This document shows positions 11,308-21,709 of a stretch of DNA of 64,000 nt, in pieces. This DNA is from an uncultured Nitrososphaeraceae archaeon (GTDB lineage Archaea > Thermoproteota > Nitrososphaeria > Nitrososphaerales > Nitrososphaeraceae), in contig CAWGVG010000029.1 of the NCBI GenBank assembly GCA_963825865.1, positions 96,001 to 160,000 of the forward strand, read 5' to 3'. The position numbers and the translations under genes are program-made. The notes beneath the pieces are model-generated. The model worked only from the letters and a program-made list of their open reading frames with translations. It did not search any database and was not told the origin of the DNA. Within the stretch, counting starts at the first letter, position 1, and each line of letters starts with the position of its first letter.

Positions 11308-11329
11308 ACTATCTATCTAGTTTGATAGT
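11308..11329 (+). repeat. Right copy of 22-bp direct repeat (putative attR)
   Basis: ACTATCTATCTAGTTTGATAGT; arms ACTATCTA/TTGATAGT around a 6-bp spacer; ends 3 nt from the map stop codon. Confidence 0.7.
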
Positions 11330-11332
11330 ATC

Positions 11333-12230
11333 TCACAATGTAATAACGTTGATAGAAGTATCTGAAGGAATTAGTGTATGTTCGGCTTGAGCAACTATTT
11401 TTCCATTTCCTTCAACAAGAATAGGATATGCATGTACATTCCTTTTCTTTATTAAAATTTCCATAGATTGACGCGCCTTTTTCTCTTCGTATTTGTCCAT
11501 CATCCATCTGAGAGCGAATGGTAAAGTCTTGAATCTATTCCACGTATGTTCAAGAAACTCATCTACCTCTTTTTCTTTAGTTGGTTTGCGAGAAATTATG
11601 CCAAAGATATTGCGAGTCTTGCCTTCATAAACTACTCCTTGACCATCTTTTGTGGTTACAAAAGGTTCGATAGCATATGCTTGATTAGGAACTAGGATAA
11701 ATGATGACCCAATAGTCCAGATATTTGGTATTGATCTACCTGCATGAATAGTGTATTGCTCTAGCGAATGACCGCTCAAGTTCTGAATAGGTCTGAATCC
11801 TTGCTTTGAAATCGTATTTTCGATTACCTTTCCAATATCACTAGCTTTTGTATTAGCTTTAGCAATCCTGACTGCTTCGCTTAAAGCGTTCTCGGCAGTT
11901 TTTACTAGTGTTTCGTATTTTGGATTATAACAAACAGTCACCGCTGTATCAGCAATATATCCTTGTATATGCACACCAATATCGATCTTTAAAACATCAG
12001 CATCTTTTACCATAATCTGGTCATTTGGTTCTGCTGTATAGTGAGCTGCCTATGTCATTCAAACTAACATTAACCGGAAAGGCAGGTGCCGCATCCTTTC
12101 TTCTAATTTCAGCTTCTATTGATTCACAAATTTGAAGCAGGGTGGAGCCAATATAATATTTTTTTCGTGTATTTTCCCGTACTTCAGATGCTATCTTGCC
12201 GGCCTGCTTATAGCAATCTAAAAAATTCAT
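11333..12230 (-). CDS. map: Methionine aminopeptidase type II (1-nt frameshift near 12050)
   Basis: AFPVNVSLN, KIDIGVHIQGYIADTA, NLSGH, IHAG, AIEPF and QAEHT motifs across two ORFs. Confidence 0.95.
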
Positions 12231-12342
12231 ACGCTAAAAACTTCTTGAAGCTAGTAATATATATACAAATATTGTCATGACGAAGCTTAAAATTATACTG
12301 ATGAATAGTACATTAAGGAAATAATTCTTTGGAATTGAGCGG

Positions 12343-12416
12343 GGGGTCGTTGTCTAGCTTGGTATGATGCCAGCCTTGGGCGCTGGAGGCCGCCGGTTCA
12401 AATCCGGCCGACCCCA
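12343..12416 (+). tRNA. tRNA-Pro (anticodon UGG), intronless, no encoded CCA
   Basis: Acceptor GGGGTCG/CGACCCC, anticodon arm CCAGC-CTTGGGC-GCTGG, T-arm GCCGG-TTCAAAT-CCGGC. Confidence 0.97.
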
Positions 12417-12666
12417 GTAAACTCTTCAAATTCTTAAAACAATAGATAAAGAATTATGATGTTACGTCGATCATAAATATCCTAAATGCGGTATTAGATC
12501 TATGACCGCAGTAACTACAATGAAGAGGTTAACTACATTTGTTTTAATATCTGTAATATTGACATCAGTGTTTCTTATAACTAACACCCATTCAGCATCT
12601 GCACAGTGAAACCATACTGAATACCATAGAATAGTTCTCAATTGTTTAATTCACTATAAAAAATCA

Positions 12667-12745
12667 ACCCTGACGGATTAGCTAAATACATATTTTTGTT
12701 AGTAAATCGTGCTCAAATCACTAGTAGTATTGAATCCGTCAGGGT
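12667..12745. repeat. 79-bp unit bounded by a perfect 13-bp inverted repeat (MITE or IS-end remnant)
   Basis: ACCCTGACGGATT (12667-12679) and AATCCGTCAGGGT (12733-12745). Confidence 0.6.
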
Positions 12746-13080
12746 ATCCATAATAACCATAGTGCATATTCAATTCTAGAATTAATAAAAAAGAACTAAC
12801 TAAGTTGGAAAGTTATCGTCAAATACTAATCAATCACCAATAAGATAAGCAAAAAAATATTAACCGCTTAAAAGTGGTGTAGATGCAGTAACATACATTA
12901 TTCATTTCATCTATAAATAAGTTATAATGAATATTTACTATAGATTGGTAAATCAATTACTATACCACGTTTGATATACTCAATAGTTATACTAAATAAA
13001 TTAGCAGTAAATCATATTAGATAAATCAGCAGTAACTTCGCCAAGTCAAATATATAGATGACATCGTATTGAGAATATAA

Positions 13081-13443
13081 ATGAACAACACAGCAATAAC
13101 TACTCTAACAATAGCTGCCATCTTGGCAGCAACATTAGTAGTAGGAGTAACGCTGGCAACAACAACAACAGCAATAACTGCATTTGCATCTAGTAGAGGA
13201 AATGGTAATGGTAACACAGATACCGATCAGATAGCCAAGCAAAAAGCATATGTAAGTGGATTTGATAACTCATTCAATCAAGAACTTCAAAACCTGATAT
13301 GCACCCATCCAAGCGCCTCTTGTACAGTAGAGCAAACTCCTACTCCACCGCCGCCACCTCCACCACCTCCAAGTGATGACGACGACGGCGAGGATCGCCA
13401 CGACGATCCAAAAAAAATGGATGACATGAGCAAATACTGGTAG
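13081..13443 (+). CDS. Small secreted protein with a Cys pair and poly-Pro/acidic tail
   Basis: Hydrophobic signal ending TAFA; SGFDNSFNQELQNLICTHPSASC; PPPPPPPPP-DDDD. Confidence 0.75.
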   Translation: MNNTAITTLTIAAILAATLVVGVTLATTTTAITAFASSRGNGNGNTDTDQIAKQKAYVSGFDNSFNQELQNLICTHPSASCTVEQTPTPPPPPPPPPSDDDDGEDRHDDPKKMDDMSKYW

Positions 13444-13599
13444 TTCTTTATTACTACCACAACTTTTTTTCTTTTTTGCATCTGCGCAAGAATAAAAATC
13501 TATTTGCAAACGCTTTTACTTGTTTTAACTTGGTTTCAGAACATACTATTATTCGCTTAACATGCTGACACCAACAGTGTAAGGATCCTTAAGGATCTG

Positions 13600-13879
13600 T
13601 AAGTTTATACAGAACAACACAAAAATTCCCCTTGCAGAGTTGTACCTTTTAGAGATTTTACAAAAAGTAAGAGAAAAAGAGAAGACGGTAAGGTCAATGG
13701 TAAAACTCGATTACGACAAGGATAATTACAGAGAAATGATTCTTGATGCTGCAGAAACAGTCATAGGATATTTTGGCTTTGATAGTGCTGTTTATGAAAA
13801 TCCTAGGAATAATAGAAAGAAAAAGAAATGGTATGATGAATTACTGGAAGAAAGAAAAAAAGATATCAAACAGAAATGA
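13600..13879 (+). pseudogene. C-terminal fragment of a family B (PolB2-like) DNA polymerase
   Basis: HKNSPCRVVP then YDKDNYREMILDAAETVIGYFGFD...KKWYDEL, recalled as the C-terminus of Nitrososphaera PolB-domain proteins. Confidence 0.6.
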
Positions 13880-14214
13880 TGATGGAAAAACAATAGCCTC
13901 AATTGACGGTCCAAAATATATATGAATACTAAAAACCCATCTTACCAATAATTGCATAAGAAGGAACTACAGCTAAATTGTTCATAGCAATAACTAAACT
14001 TTTTAGCAATGTTAATCAATATTAGACTAGCGCTGGCGCTTCTATAATACGATAATAATAAGTGCGCGCTGGAGGAACAGATATCATCAACGGTCCTACT
14101 ACTATTGGTATTAGTAGCATCTTTGTTATTCTTGTTTTATCTACTTAATAAGCTCCATGAAAACAATGTTGAACAATGTTCTCATCATATTTATTTTGAT
14201 GCCAATACATATCA

Positions 14215-14765
14215 TATATGTTTAAGCCTGGCATTTGTCCAGAACTCATTTAGTCTATACTCTGCTCGCAGAACTATCTTTATTGGTCATTTCGGGACTA
14301 ATGGTTCTTGAGTACATCAGCAGCTTTTCCTAAGGAAATTGTAATTATGCAGCCTGCGCTTCCTTATCTTGGTCTTTTGGCTAGTATATTCTATAAGCTC
14401 TTGCTCTGAATGTGCGTCCCTGAACGCATATAGCTGATCATTCCTATCTATCAGACTCCCTAGTATAGGAATCTCGTCTTTTGAGATGTTGCTGACACTA
14501 TTCCATTCTGCATTATAGGGGTTAGCAGTCGATATGATGGTTGTCGGTGCATCTAGTTCAAAATGGGTGGCATACTTGGTTAATGTTGTCCTACCCTCTT
14601 CAGCAATGTCAGTTATATGACCTTGATCTTCTGGTGACATAAAACCAATCTCGTTAATGGCACATATCGCACCTTTTGCCAATACAGCAGGACCCAACCT
14701 TAAGAATAGGCCACCATCGCTTTCCTTATCTACAATACCGATCAAACTCTTGCCGCTTTGTATTC
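14215..14765 (-). pseudogene. MCM-family helicase AAA+ fragment (plasmid/provirus type)
   Basis: SGKSLIGIVDK, LRLGPAVLAKGAICAINEI (Walker B region), IAEEG, TTIISTANP (sensor 1), SLIDR (Arg finger); Walker A missing. Confidence 0.85.
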
Positions 14766-14779
14766 TGTGCATTAATGCT

Positions 14780-15017
14780 GTGTCTTTCATATGTGTGATC
14801 CAATTGATTATGTCAACTTGAATAATCCTGACATCTCTACCTTCAATCAACTTGGCATAATCTTTCAGCTTCAATATTCATATAGTCCATGAAGTAGCTC
14901 AGAGCTCTTACGATAATCGCGCTTTGTAGCTTCAGATCTGCATGAGTTTATGAAATTTCTATAATATTGATTGTTTGAATTATCTCCAGATATTTGATTA
15001 ATAATATTTCTCTGCAT
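14780..15017 (-). pseudogene. N-terminal SAM-like fragment of a second tyrosine integrase
   Basis: Manual translation YYRNFINSCRSEATKRDY..ALSYFMDYM...DYAKLIEGRDVRIIQVDIINWITHMKD across frameshifts. Confidence 0.6.
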
Positions 15018-15116
15018 TTTCTTTCTTGGTATGCAGTAGTGAACAAAAAACTACTATTAAAGCGTCTATCCAAGTATGTTAATCAATATTAACGATATTG
15101 TATATTCTAAACGTAT

Positions 15117-15461
15117 ATGAATGTTGAAAGGAAAAACCCTTTAAAGCGTGATCAAGCATTGAATGATGCCACGAATGGACAAATAGGAGAAGAGCCTAGA
15201 CCTGAACCAATGTCTGATATAAAAGATCAGCGTGTGAAAACTGCACGTAAAATGTCTAGAGATTTTTAAAGAAACCCTACATTGAAAGAAGACGAAAGTC
15301 AATCCGATACTAAGACTCTTTTAACATGGTCAAATATCCAATACCTTGTAGAAGGATTAGATGCGTTACTACATACTAACCTTGATGGGGATAAGCGAAG
15401 AAAAGTTATCGAGTTAAGAGACGAGTTATCTGCTTATGTTAGCAATATGTTCAGTGATTGA
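15117..15461 (+). pseudogene. Hypothetical ~114-aa protein with one in-frame TAA (15267-15269)
   Basis: MNVERKNP...MSRDF*RNPT...LLTWSNIQYLVEGLDALLHTNLDGDKRRKVIELRDELSAYVSNMFSD*; same frame on both sides of the stop. Confidence 0.55.
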
Positions 15462-15706
15462 AAAACAACTAATGTAAAAATAGCGTATAGTCCCATTTAA
15501 AAATAATGAGTCAATCCCACAACTGTTCGAATATCCAAAATGTGTGGTTAATTATTAGACTCCAGTTTGACTATTTGTTTCTGAAGATCCATAAGTTAGC
15601 AATATGAACCCATACATAACTGGATATGAAAGATTTCTCCCATACCATTCCGCATCGTTAATCTTTATTATGTGATCTTTAATAACTAAGGATGGCCAGA
15701 CAATAA

Positions 15707-16645
15707 ATGTCTAACAACCATCTATACAATCGCGATATAATCTCAATCAAGGATTTCAGCAAGCAAGATCTCGAATTCGTTTTCTATTCGACAGATATAA
15801 TTAGCAGTCTGAGACCAAATGAAAAGAGTGAACTTGGCAAAGGCAGGACTCTAGGTTATATCTTCTATGAGCCAAGCACTAGGACCAGAATGAGTTTTGA
15901 ATCAGCTATGGCATCATTAGGTGGAAGCTCTATTGGAATCTTTGATCCCAAATCTTCTTCGATTGAAAAAGGTGAGAGTCTTGCTGATACTATTCGAATA
16001 ATAGATCTTTATTCTGATGTTATTGTTTTACGACATCCGCTTGATGGTTCAAGCAGGTTTGCTGGTGAATTATCAAAGAATCCAATAATCAATGCAGGTA
16101 GTGGAAGTGAAGAACATCCTACACAAGCGATGCTTGATCTTTATACTATAATCAAAGAGAAAAAAAAAATTGACGGGCTTACAATAGGCATTGTTGGAGA
16201 TCTAAAGTACGGCAGAACAGTCTATTCATTATTATATGGTTTGGCAAATTATAATGTAGATATTCATCTAATATCACCATCTATATTATGTATTAGAAAA
16301 GAATCGATCTATGACGTACGAAACAATCTGAAAATATATGAACATAGTCAGCTTGATGACGATATTTTGTCTAAACTTGATATAATTTATGTTACAAGAA
16401 TACAAAGAGAGCGTTTTCCCGATATACAAGAGTATGAAAAAGTAAAGGGTACGTATACTATCGATATGAATACTCTGGCAAAAGCAAAACCAGATGTCTC
16501 CATAATGCATCCAATGCCTAGAACAGAAGAAATTTCACATTCTATCGATGGTACAAAGAATGCAATTTATTTTAAGCAGGCCGCATACGGTAAGGAATTG
16601 AGAGCAGCTCTTCTTGCCTTAGTGTTAAACGAAAATCCGATCTAA
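15707..16645 (+). CDS. pyrB: Aspartate carbamoyltransferase catalytic subunit
   Basis: FYEPSTRTRMSFE, HPTQAMLDL, GDLKYGRTV, TRIQRERF and MHPMPR motifs. Confidence 0.97.
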   Translation: MSNNHLYNRDIISIKDFSKQDLEFVFYSTDIISSLRPNEKSELGKGRTLGYIFYEPSTRTRMSFESAMASLGGSSIGIFDPKSSSIEKGESLADTIRIIDLYSDVIVLRHPLDGSSRFAGELSKNPIINAGSGSEEHPTQAMLDLYTIIKEKKKIDGLTIGIVGDLKYGRTVYSLLYGLANYNVDIHLISPSILCIRKESIYDVRNNLKIYEHSQLDDDILSKLDIIYVTRIQRERFPDIQEYEKVKGTYTIDMNTLAKAKPDVSIMHPMPRTEEISHSIDGTKNAIYFKQAAYGKELRAALLALVLNENPI

Positions 16646-16781
16646 ATGAAAATCTCAGAATATAGACAAATCATCGTTGATAAACAAACTGCAAAGTTTC
16701 TTCTACGACTTTTTAATTTACATTTATAATCCTTACCGGCATCATAGAATAAAAATGAGTATAAATAAGAGAATTGTTTGT

Positions 16782-19502
16782 TTAGCCCGAGGCGCAAGTA
16801 CTAAAGCCGCATTCAATGCACATATTGCATCCTTCAGTGATTATTAATTTTGCTTTGCATGATGGACAGATTTCATCTTCATTTAGTTCAGTTTGGGGAG
16901 CTTGCATTGTCTTCTTTGTAGTGCCAGTTTGTTCTACAGTTAAGACGCTTCCAATGGCTTCACGCTGGATTTCTGTTTCCTTAAAGATTTTTTCTATTTG
17001 TTCTCGGACATATGGCTCTGTAACGTTTGCATATACATAATCAATGACATATCTGCTTGGTCTTACAATGAATCTCTTTTCCTCTTTATTATTACCAGTA
17101 ATGTGCAGGACTTGCTCATGTCTTGAGCCGTCTCTATATACTGTGACTCCCTTTAAACCGAACTCATGCGATAGCAGATATGCACACTTCACATCTTCTG
17201 CAGTTACATCTCCGGGCATGTTGATTGTCTTTGCAATCGCATTACTGATCCACTTCTGCCATACTGCTTGGGCCATCAGATGGTCAGTCCAATGTATGTC
17301 GATTGCAGTAACAAAGGTTTTCTGAATCCATTCTGGAATTTCAGTTAGCCCACGTACTGAACCGTAGTTGTTTGCAATCTTGGTCAGTATTTCATCGTTG
17401 TATAAACCGTTTTCCTTTAATACATTTTCGAAAATCTTATCGGTATAAAAGAATCTCCCAACTGTTACACGTTTTTCGAAAACTAATGCAAAGATGGGTT
17501 CAACACCATTTGAGGTATCTGCAATCATAGACAATGTACCTGTGGGAGCAATTGTTGATGTCCAAGAGTTTCTGACCCCATGTTTTTGGATCTTTTCAAT
17601 TAGCGAATCCCAATCATATGCATGCATTTCTTTTGGTAAATCATAGTATCCTGCAATTGGAATCTTGCCCTTAACATAATCTGTCTCTTTGAACAGAGGA
17701 AATGGACCTCTTGCCTTTGCAATAGCAACACTTTCCTCTATACTGTAGTATGACATTGCTTCTGCAAGTTTATCCATGAAATCATAGCCATCATTAGAGT
17801 TATATGGGATCCTCAATAAGAACAGCAAATCCGCAATACCCATTATACCAAGACCAATTCTTCTTGTCAGTTTTGTGTTGATATCTATCTCTTCTACAGG
17901 ATACTTGTTCATATCAATTATATTGTCCAAGAATCGCGATGAGAGTCTAATTGCCTGCTCGTATCTTTGCCAATCGAATTCATACATTCCATCTGCCTTA
18001 CGCTTTACAAAATTTGCAAGGTTGATTGAACCTAGGTTACATGATTCATATGGGTATAGTGATTGCTCACCACATGGGTTCGTTGCACGTAATGGTCCAC
18101 CCTTTGCATTGACACATGGGTTGTATTTGTTGATGTTGTCAAAGAAAATAACACCAGGTTCAGCGCTCTTCCAAGCACTTAATGCAATCAAATCCATTAA
18201 CTGATGTGAATCGATTTGTTTTATAAGATCCCTAGTTCTAGGATTGCGCAATGCATACTTTTGGTTGTCCTTATTTACAAGGGATTGCCAAAAATCTTCC
18301 CAGACACCAACGCTGACATTAAAGTTCTCAAACACGCCAGGCTTTGTCTTGGCAGTTATGAATTTTTCAATATCTGGATGCCATGCTTCTAGAATACCCA
18401 TATTTGCTCCACGTCTTTTTCCACCTTGCTTCACTACATCGGTAACGACATCAATGATCCTCATAAACGAGGTTGGACCCGATGCAACACCAGAAGTTGA
18501 GGCAACAATGTCGCCTTCTGGTCTCAGGTCAGAATAATTTATTCCGACTCCTCCACCTGATTTGAATATCATGGCTGCGTCGGTAGATGATTTCATGATT
18601 TTGTACATATCATCCTGCATATCAAGAACGAAGCATGCTGACAATTGACCAAGCTTTGCGCCAGCATTCATCAATGTTGGTGTGTTTGGAAGGAAGTCCT
18701 TTGATACCATCAAATTATAATATTCTTTAATCCTTTCTTCGTACATTGCTAACTTGCCTTCAGCCATGAATCTAAGTAGTTCCTTAAAGCTGACTTTCAT
18801 CTGTCCATGTTTTGCGAGGTAAATATAATGTCGAATCAAAGATTCAAAATGATACTTGTTCAGATAATAGTCATTGATCTTTAACTTTAGATCAAAGTCA
18901 TCAACTTTGGCATAATATTTTTCTGCTTCTTCAATATTTTGAATATGCCCACCTGCTAAATTGAACAATCGTGAATCGTGTATAATATCTGGAATTGCTA
19001 CTAGAATTGCAACTCTTTCGAACATCAGTTTTGGACCTTCAATAATTTCGTTATTGCTATCCCGTAGTAGATAACGTGCTGCTAATACCCTAAGCGAATT
19101 AACATCAAGCGCCTTGTCTACTTCATCAAGGTCTTTCTTGTTTAGAATCTTCATCTTATCGTCACGAACTTTGCGTCGCTCATGTCTATACAGAATGTAA
19201 GACTTCGCGGTTTCAGACAAACCTTCTTCAATGAGTATAGATTCTACTATATCCTGTACATCTTCAACGCTTGGAATGGCATCTTTTTCAGTCGAGTCGT
19301 AACCCTGATGAATTATCTTCTGCACGACCTTATTTGCCAGTCTTTCAGCCAACGGATAATCTGGTTTGCTGGTTGCTACAAGTGCCTTATAGATTGCATC
19401 TGATATCTTGGAGTGCACAAAATCGACTATTCTTCCATCTCTTTTTCGTATGTGTACAATCAAACTCTCTTTCGATTTGTTAAACTCAGTAACTCTAGCC
19501 AT
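16782..19502 (-). CDS. nrdJ: Class II (adenosylcobalamin-dependent) ribonucleotide reductase with ATP cone
   Basis: ATP cone IRKRDG; PNTPTLMNAG, LSACFV, QGGKRRGANM, TNPCGEQ, TIAPTGT, GVTVYRDGSR; C-terminal Cys cluster. Confidence 0.96.
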   Translation of the reverse strand: MARVTEFNKSKESLIVHIRKRDGRIVDFVHSKISDAIYKALVATSKPDYPLAERLANKVVQKIIHQGYDSTEKDAIPSVEDVQDIVESILIEEGLSETAKSYILYRHERRKVRDDKMKILNKKDLDEVDKALDVNSLRVLAARYLLRDSNNEIIEGPKLMFERVAILVAIPDIIHDSRLFNLAGGHIQNIEEAEKYYAKVDDFDLKLKINDYYLNKYHFESLIRHYIYLAKHGQMKVSFKELLRFMAEGKLAMYEERIKEYYNLMVSKDFLPNTPTLMNAGAKLGQLSACFVLDMQDDMYKIMKSSTDAAMIFKSGGGVGINYSDLRPEGDIVASTSGVASGPTSFMRIIDVVTDVVKQGGKRRGANMGILEAWHPDIEKFITAKTKPGVFENFNVSVGVWEDFWQSLVNKDNQKYALRNPRTRDLIKQIDSHQLMDLIALSAWKSAEPGVIFFDNINKYNPCVNAKGGPLRATNPCGEQSLYPYESCNLGSINLANFVKRKADGMYEFDWQRYEQAIRLSSRFLDNIIDMNKYPVEEIDINTKLTRRIGLGIMGIADLLFLLRIPYNSNDGYDFMDKLAEAMSYYSIEESVAIAKARGPFPLFKETDYVKGKIPIAGYYDLPKEMHAYDWDSLIEKIQKHGVRNSWTSTIAPTGTLSMIADTSNGVEPIFALVFEKRVTVGRFFYTDKIFENVLKENGLYNDEILTKIANNYGSVRGLTEIPEWIQKTFVTAIDIHWTDHLMAQAVWQKWISNAIAKTINMPGDVTAEDVKCAYLLSHEFGLKGVTVYRDGSRHEQVLHITGNNKEEKRFIVRPSRYVIDYVYANVTEPYVREQIEKIFKETEIQREAIGSVLTVEQTGTTKKTMQAPQTELNEDEICPSCKAKLIITEGCNMCIECGFSTCASG

Positions 19503-19789
19503 CCCGTATATACAAAAAAAATGTTAGTTTAAAAGCATTACCTAATTAAAAGATAATACTTCACAGGTGTAAATGAAGCCGCTTACTTAACATAAACTGA
19601 TTTTAATTATATTGTACTAAAGAAAAATTGCGGTAATAGATTTAATATCCAACATTTAGTCCATTTATGTGGGATATTATTCAAATGATAATGTTTTATT
19701 TCCTCAAAATTAAGCTATTTTACACCATCACATTAAATACTTTTCACAATATGGGAGGATTATATTGCCAGTGTAATTTCATCCATAAC

Positions 19790-19931
19790 TAGTCTTTGGA
19801 ATGTCCTTAGAAGAATGTTGGAATACATCAAAGAATGATCTTCTCATTTGCAGATACTATCAGTCATTTGCTGATTTTACAAACCAAATTAGTGAGTACT
19901 TCAGAACTAAAACCTCCAACTTAACATATGA
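19790..19931 (+). pseudogene. C-terminal remnant of an IS630-family transposase
   Basis: NVLEECWNTSKNDLLICRYYQSFADFTNQISEYFRTK. Confidence 0.55.
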
Positions 19932-20269
19932 AAATTGGCATGCATTATGTTCATTGAATTGAGCAGCAACTCATGTTTGATCAACTGTCTGAATATCATT
20001 TTAATGTTGACAAGTCTTGGTTGAGATCATTAAATTTACTGTATATTTTTGTCCGAAGAATATCCAAGAGTATTATCATTCCCACTAGTGAATTCGGTTC
20101 TGACTTCTGTTTAATACTCTCAGAAGATTGTCCCAAAACATTCTCAAATTATGATATAAGATCATTTAAGCTTTTGAAGAGATGTGTTTGCTTGGCTGAA
20201 GTGACTGTTCATTTCCTTAACTATCTGAGACATGGGCATAATTCATTTCTATATTTTTTATCTATCATT

Positions 20270-21366
20270 TAGTGCTGCATTAACTACATAACATGTGTTT
20301 GATTGATTTTGGTCGTTGACTAGGTCTGGTTTTATAATTGTAGTAGACAAGGATTTGATACAGTAGTACTGACAGAAGTACTATTCCAGCAGCCTTCTGA
20401 TAGCCTCTTACCTGTAATGGGTCTATTCTAAAAATAGATTTAATATGTTCTATTAGTGGTTCTATCGATTTACTTCTCCAAGAGTAAATAGCCTGTCCTA
20501 ACTCAGATTCATAGAATTGTATCAGCTCTAGTCTATTCTTTGGGGTATTTTTGTACCTTTGTACTGGACATACCAGTTCAAATCCTCTTTTAGTACCTCA
20601 AATCATATAGTTTATTGTCGTCATACCCAGAATCACCTATCATGAAACATGTTTCTAGGAACAGAGATGATGATGATGATGATATCATAGGATTGTACAT
20701 TTGATTATCCTGTACATTAGCAGTTGTAAAATCTGCTCCTAAAGGTACTATGGTAGAACCAGTACTTGATATCAAATGTAGTTTGTAACCAAATATCCAA
20801 CCTCTGGTATGACTGAATCCCCACCTGGCATCTGTATCTATACCTGAACGTGGTACTATTCCTTTATCCATAGATGATTTGTGCCAAACATGTCCTCTGG
20901 CTTTGAGCAATGTACTATCTATTGCAACAATATAAGGGTCTATTATCTTCCCATTTACTAATAGACTAGTCATAGTAGCAATCCTTTCCTTGATGTCTAT
21001 GGATATGGTCTTAAGACGTCTGTCAAATGTTCGTCTATCTGGTATTTGGGTAAGACCACATCTTTTCATTATCTTCTTATTGTAAGGGTAATCCATTCCT
21101 AGGAATTCATGTAATGCGTTGTTAGAATCCATTCTAAACCACAATCTGACTATGAAACATCGTAGTATGACAGTAGAAGAATAGACGTATGGTCTACCTC
21201 TTTTTTTCATCTTTTGTGATTCTGGCCATGGTATCAAGCCTATCAAATACAGAATACCAATAAGGATGGATTCTGAACTATCATGTGCTGTCCTTTGAGG
21301 ATGTTTTATTATATGTCATCACAAATTCAGACATCCAAAGGATAGCTTTAGCCTAATTCATCAATA
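20270..21366 (-). mobile_element. IS4-superfamily (DDE_Tnp_1) insertion sequence; transposase ~20280..21300 with frameshifts
   Basis: RGRPYVYS, IPDRRTFDRRL, AIDSTL, FGYKLHL, GDSGYD; continuation R-SKS-IEPLIEHIK; weak TIR TAGTGCTGCATTAA / CTAATTCATCAATA (10/14). Confidence 0.85.
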
Positions 21367-21394
21367 TATATTTGCAAAAAATAGAGCTGGATTT

Positions 21395-21700
21395 ATGTCC
21401 AATCGTCAGGTAGCTGCACAACACGAATATGCCTTATTTTTTTCGAGGTCACCATCAGCAAAAGTTGCCCAAATTTCTATAGCACCAGATAAAAAAACTC
21501 ACATCTACAAACCAGATGAGAATGGTAAATGGTTTGAGGAACGTAATCTTAGAAAAGAGGGAGCCGATAGCTTTGCTAGTACAGACTCAAAAAGATACTA
21601 TCCAATTTATTATGATCCAAAAACAGACAAATTAAGCACAAACACCAAGTATCAAATTGAAATTCTACCGATTGATACCCGTGGTCAAAAGAGGATATGG
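21395..21700 (+). pseudogene. Internal fragment of a type III R-M methyltransferase (Mod)
   Basis: HEYALFFS...DENG...NLRKEG...YYPIYYD...ILP...G..RIWR pattern of Mod target-recognition regions. Confidence 0.65.
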
Positions 21701-21709
21701 AGAACTCCC

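Larger units (their letters stand above)
5823..11329. mobile_element. Putative integrative element: tyrosine integrase plus cargo
   Basis: Integrase at the left end; direct repeat at both ends abutting core genes; cargo of receiver protein, PsbP-like fragment and secreted protein. Confidence 0.65.
14009..15091. mobile_element. Collapsed integrative element (integrase N-terminus plus MCM fragment) between 16-bp direct repeats
   Basis: ATGTTAATCAATATTA at 14009-14024 and 15076-15091 brackets both fragments. Confidence 0.5.

Noticed and set aside
13563-13597. TGCTGACACC (reverse complement at ~29496) and palindrome GATCCTTAAGGATC as possible IS ends
   Set aside because: Short, with no transposase or TSD to support them.
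16816-19483. Several plus-strand ORFs inside nrdJ (and similar antisense ORFs in ftsY, argF, glyS, priL, pelota, aIF6)
   Set aside because: Shadow frames of well-supported genes with no motifs of their own.
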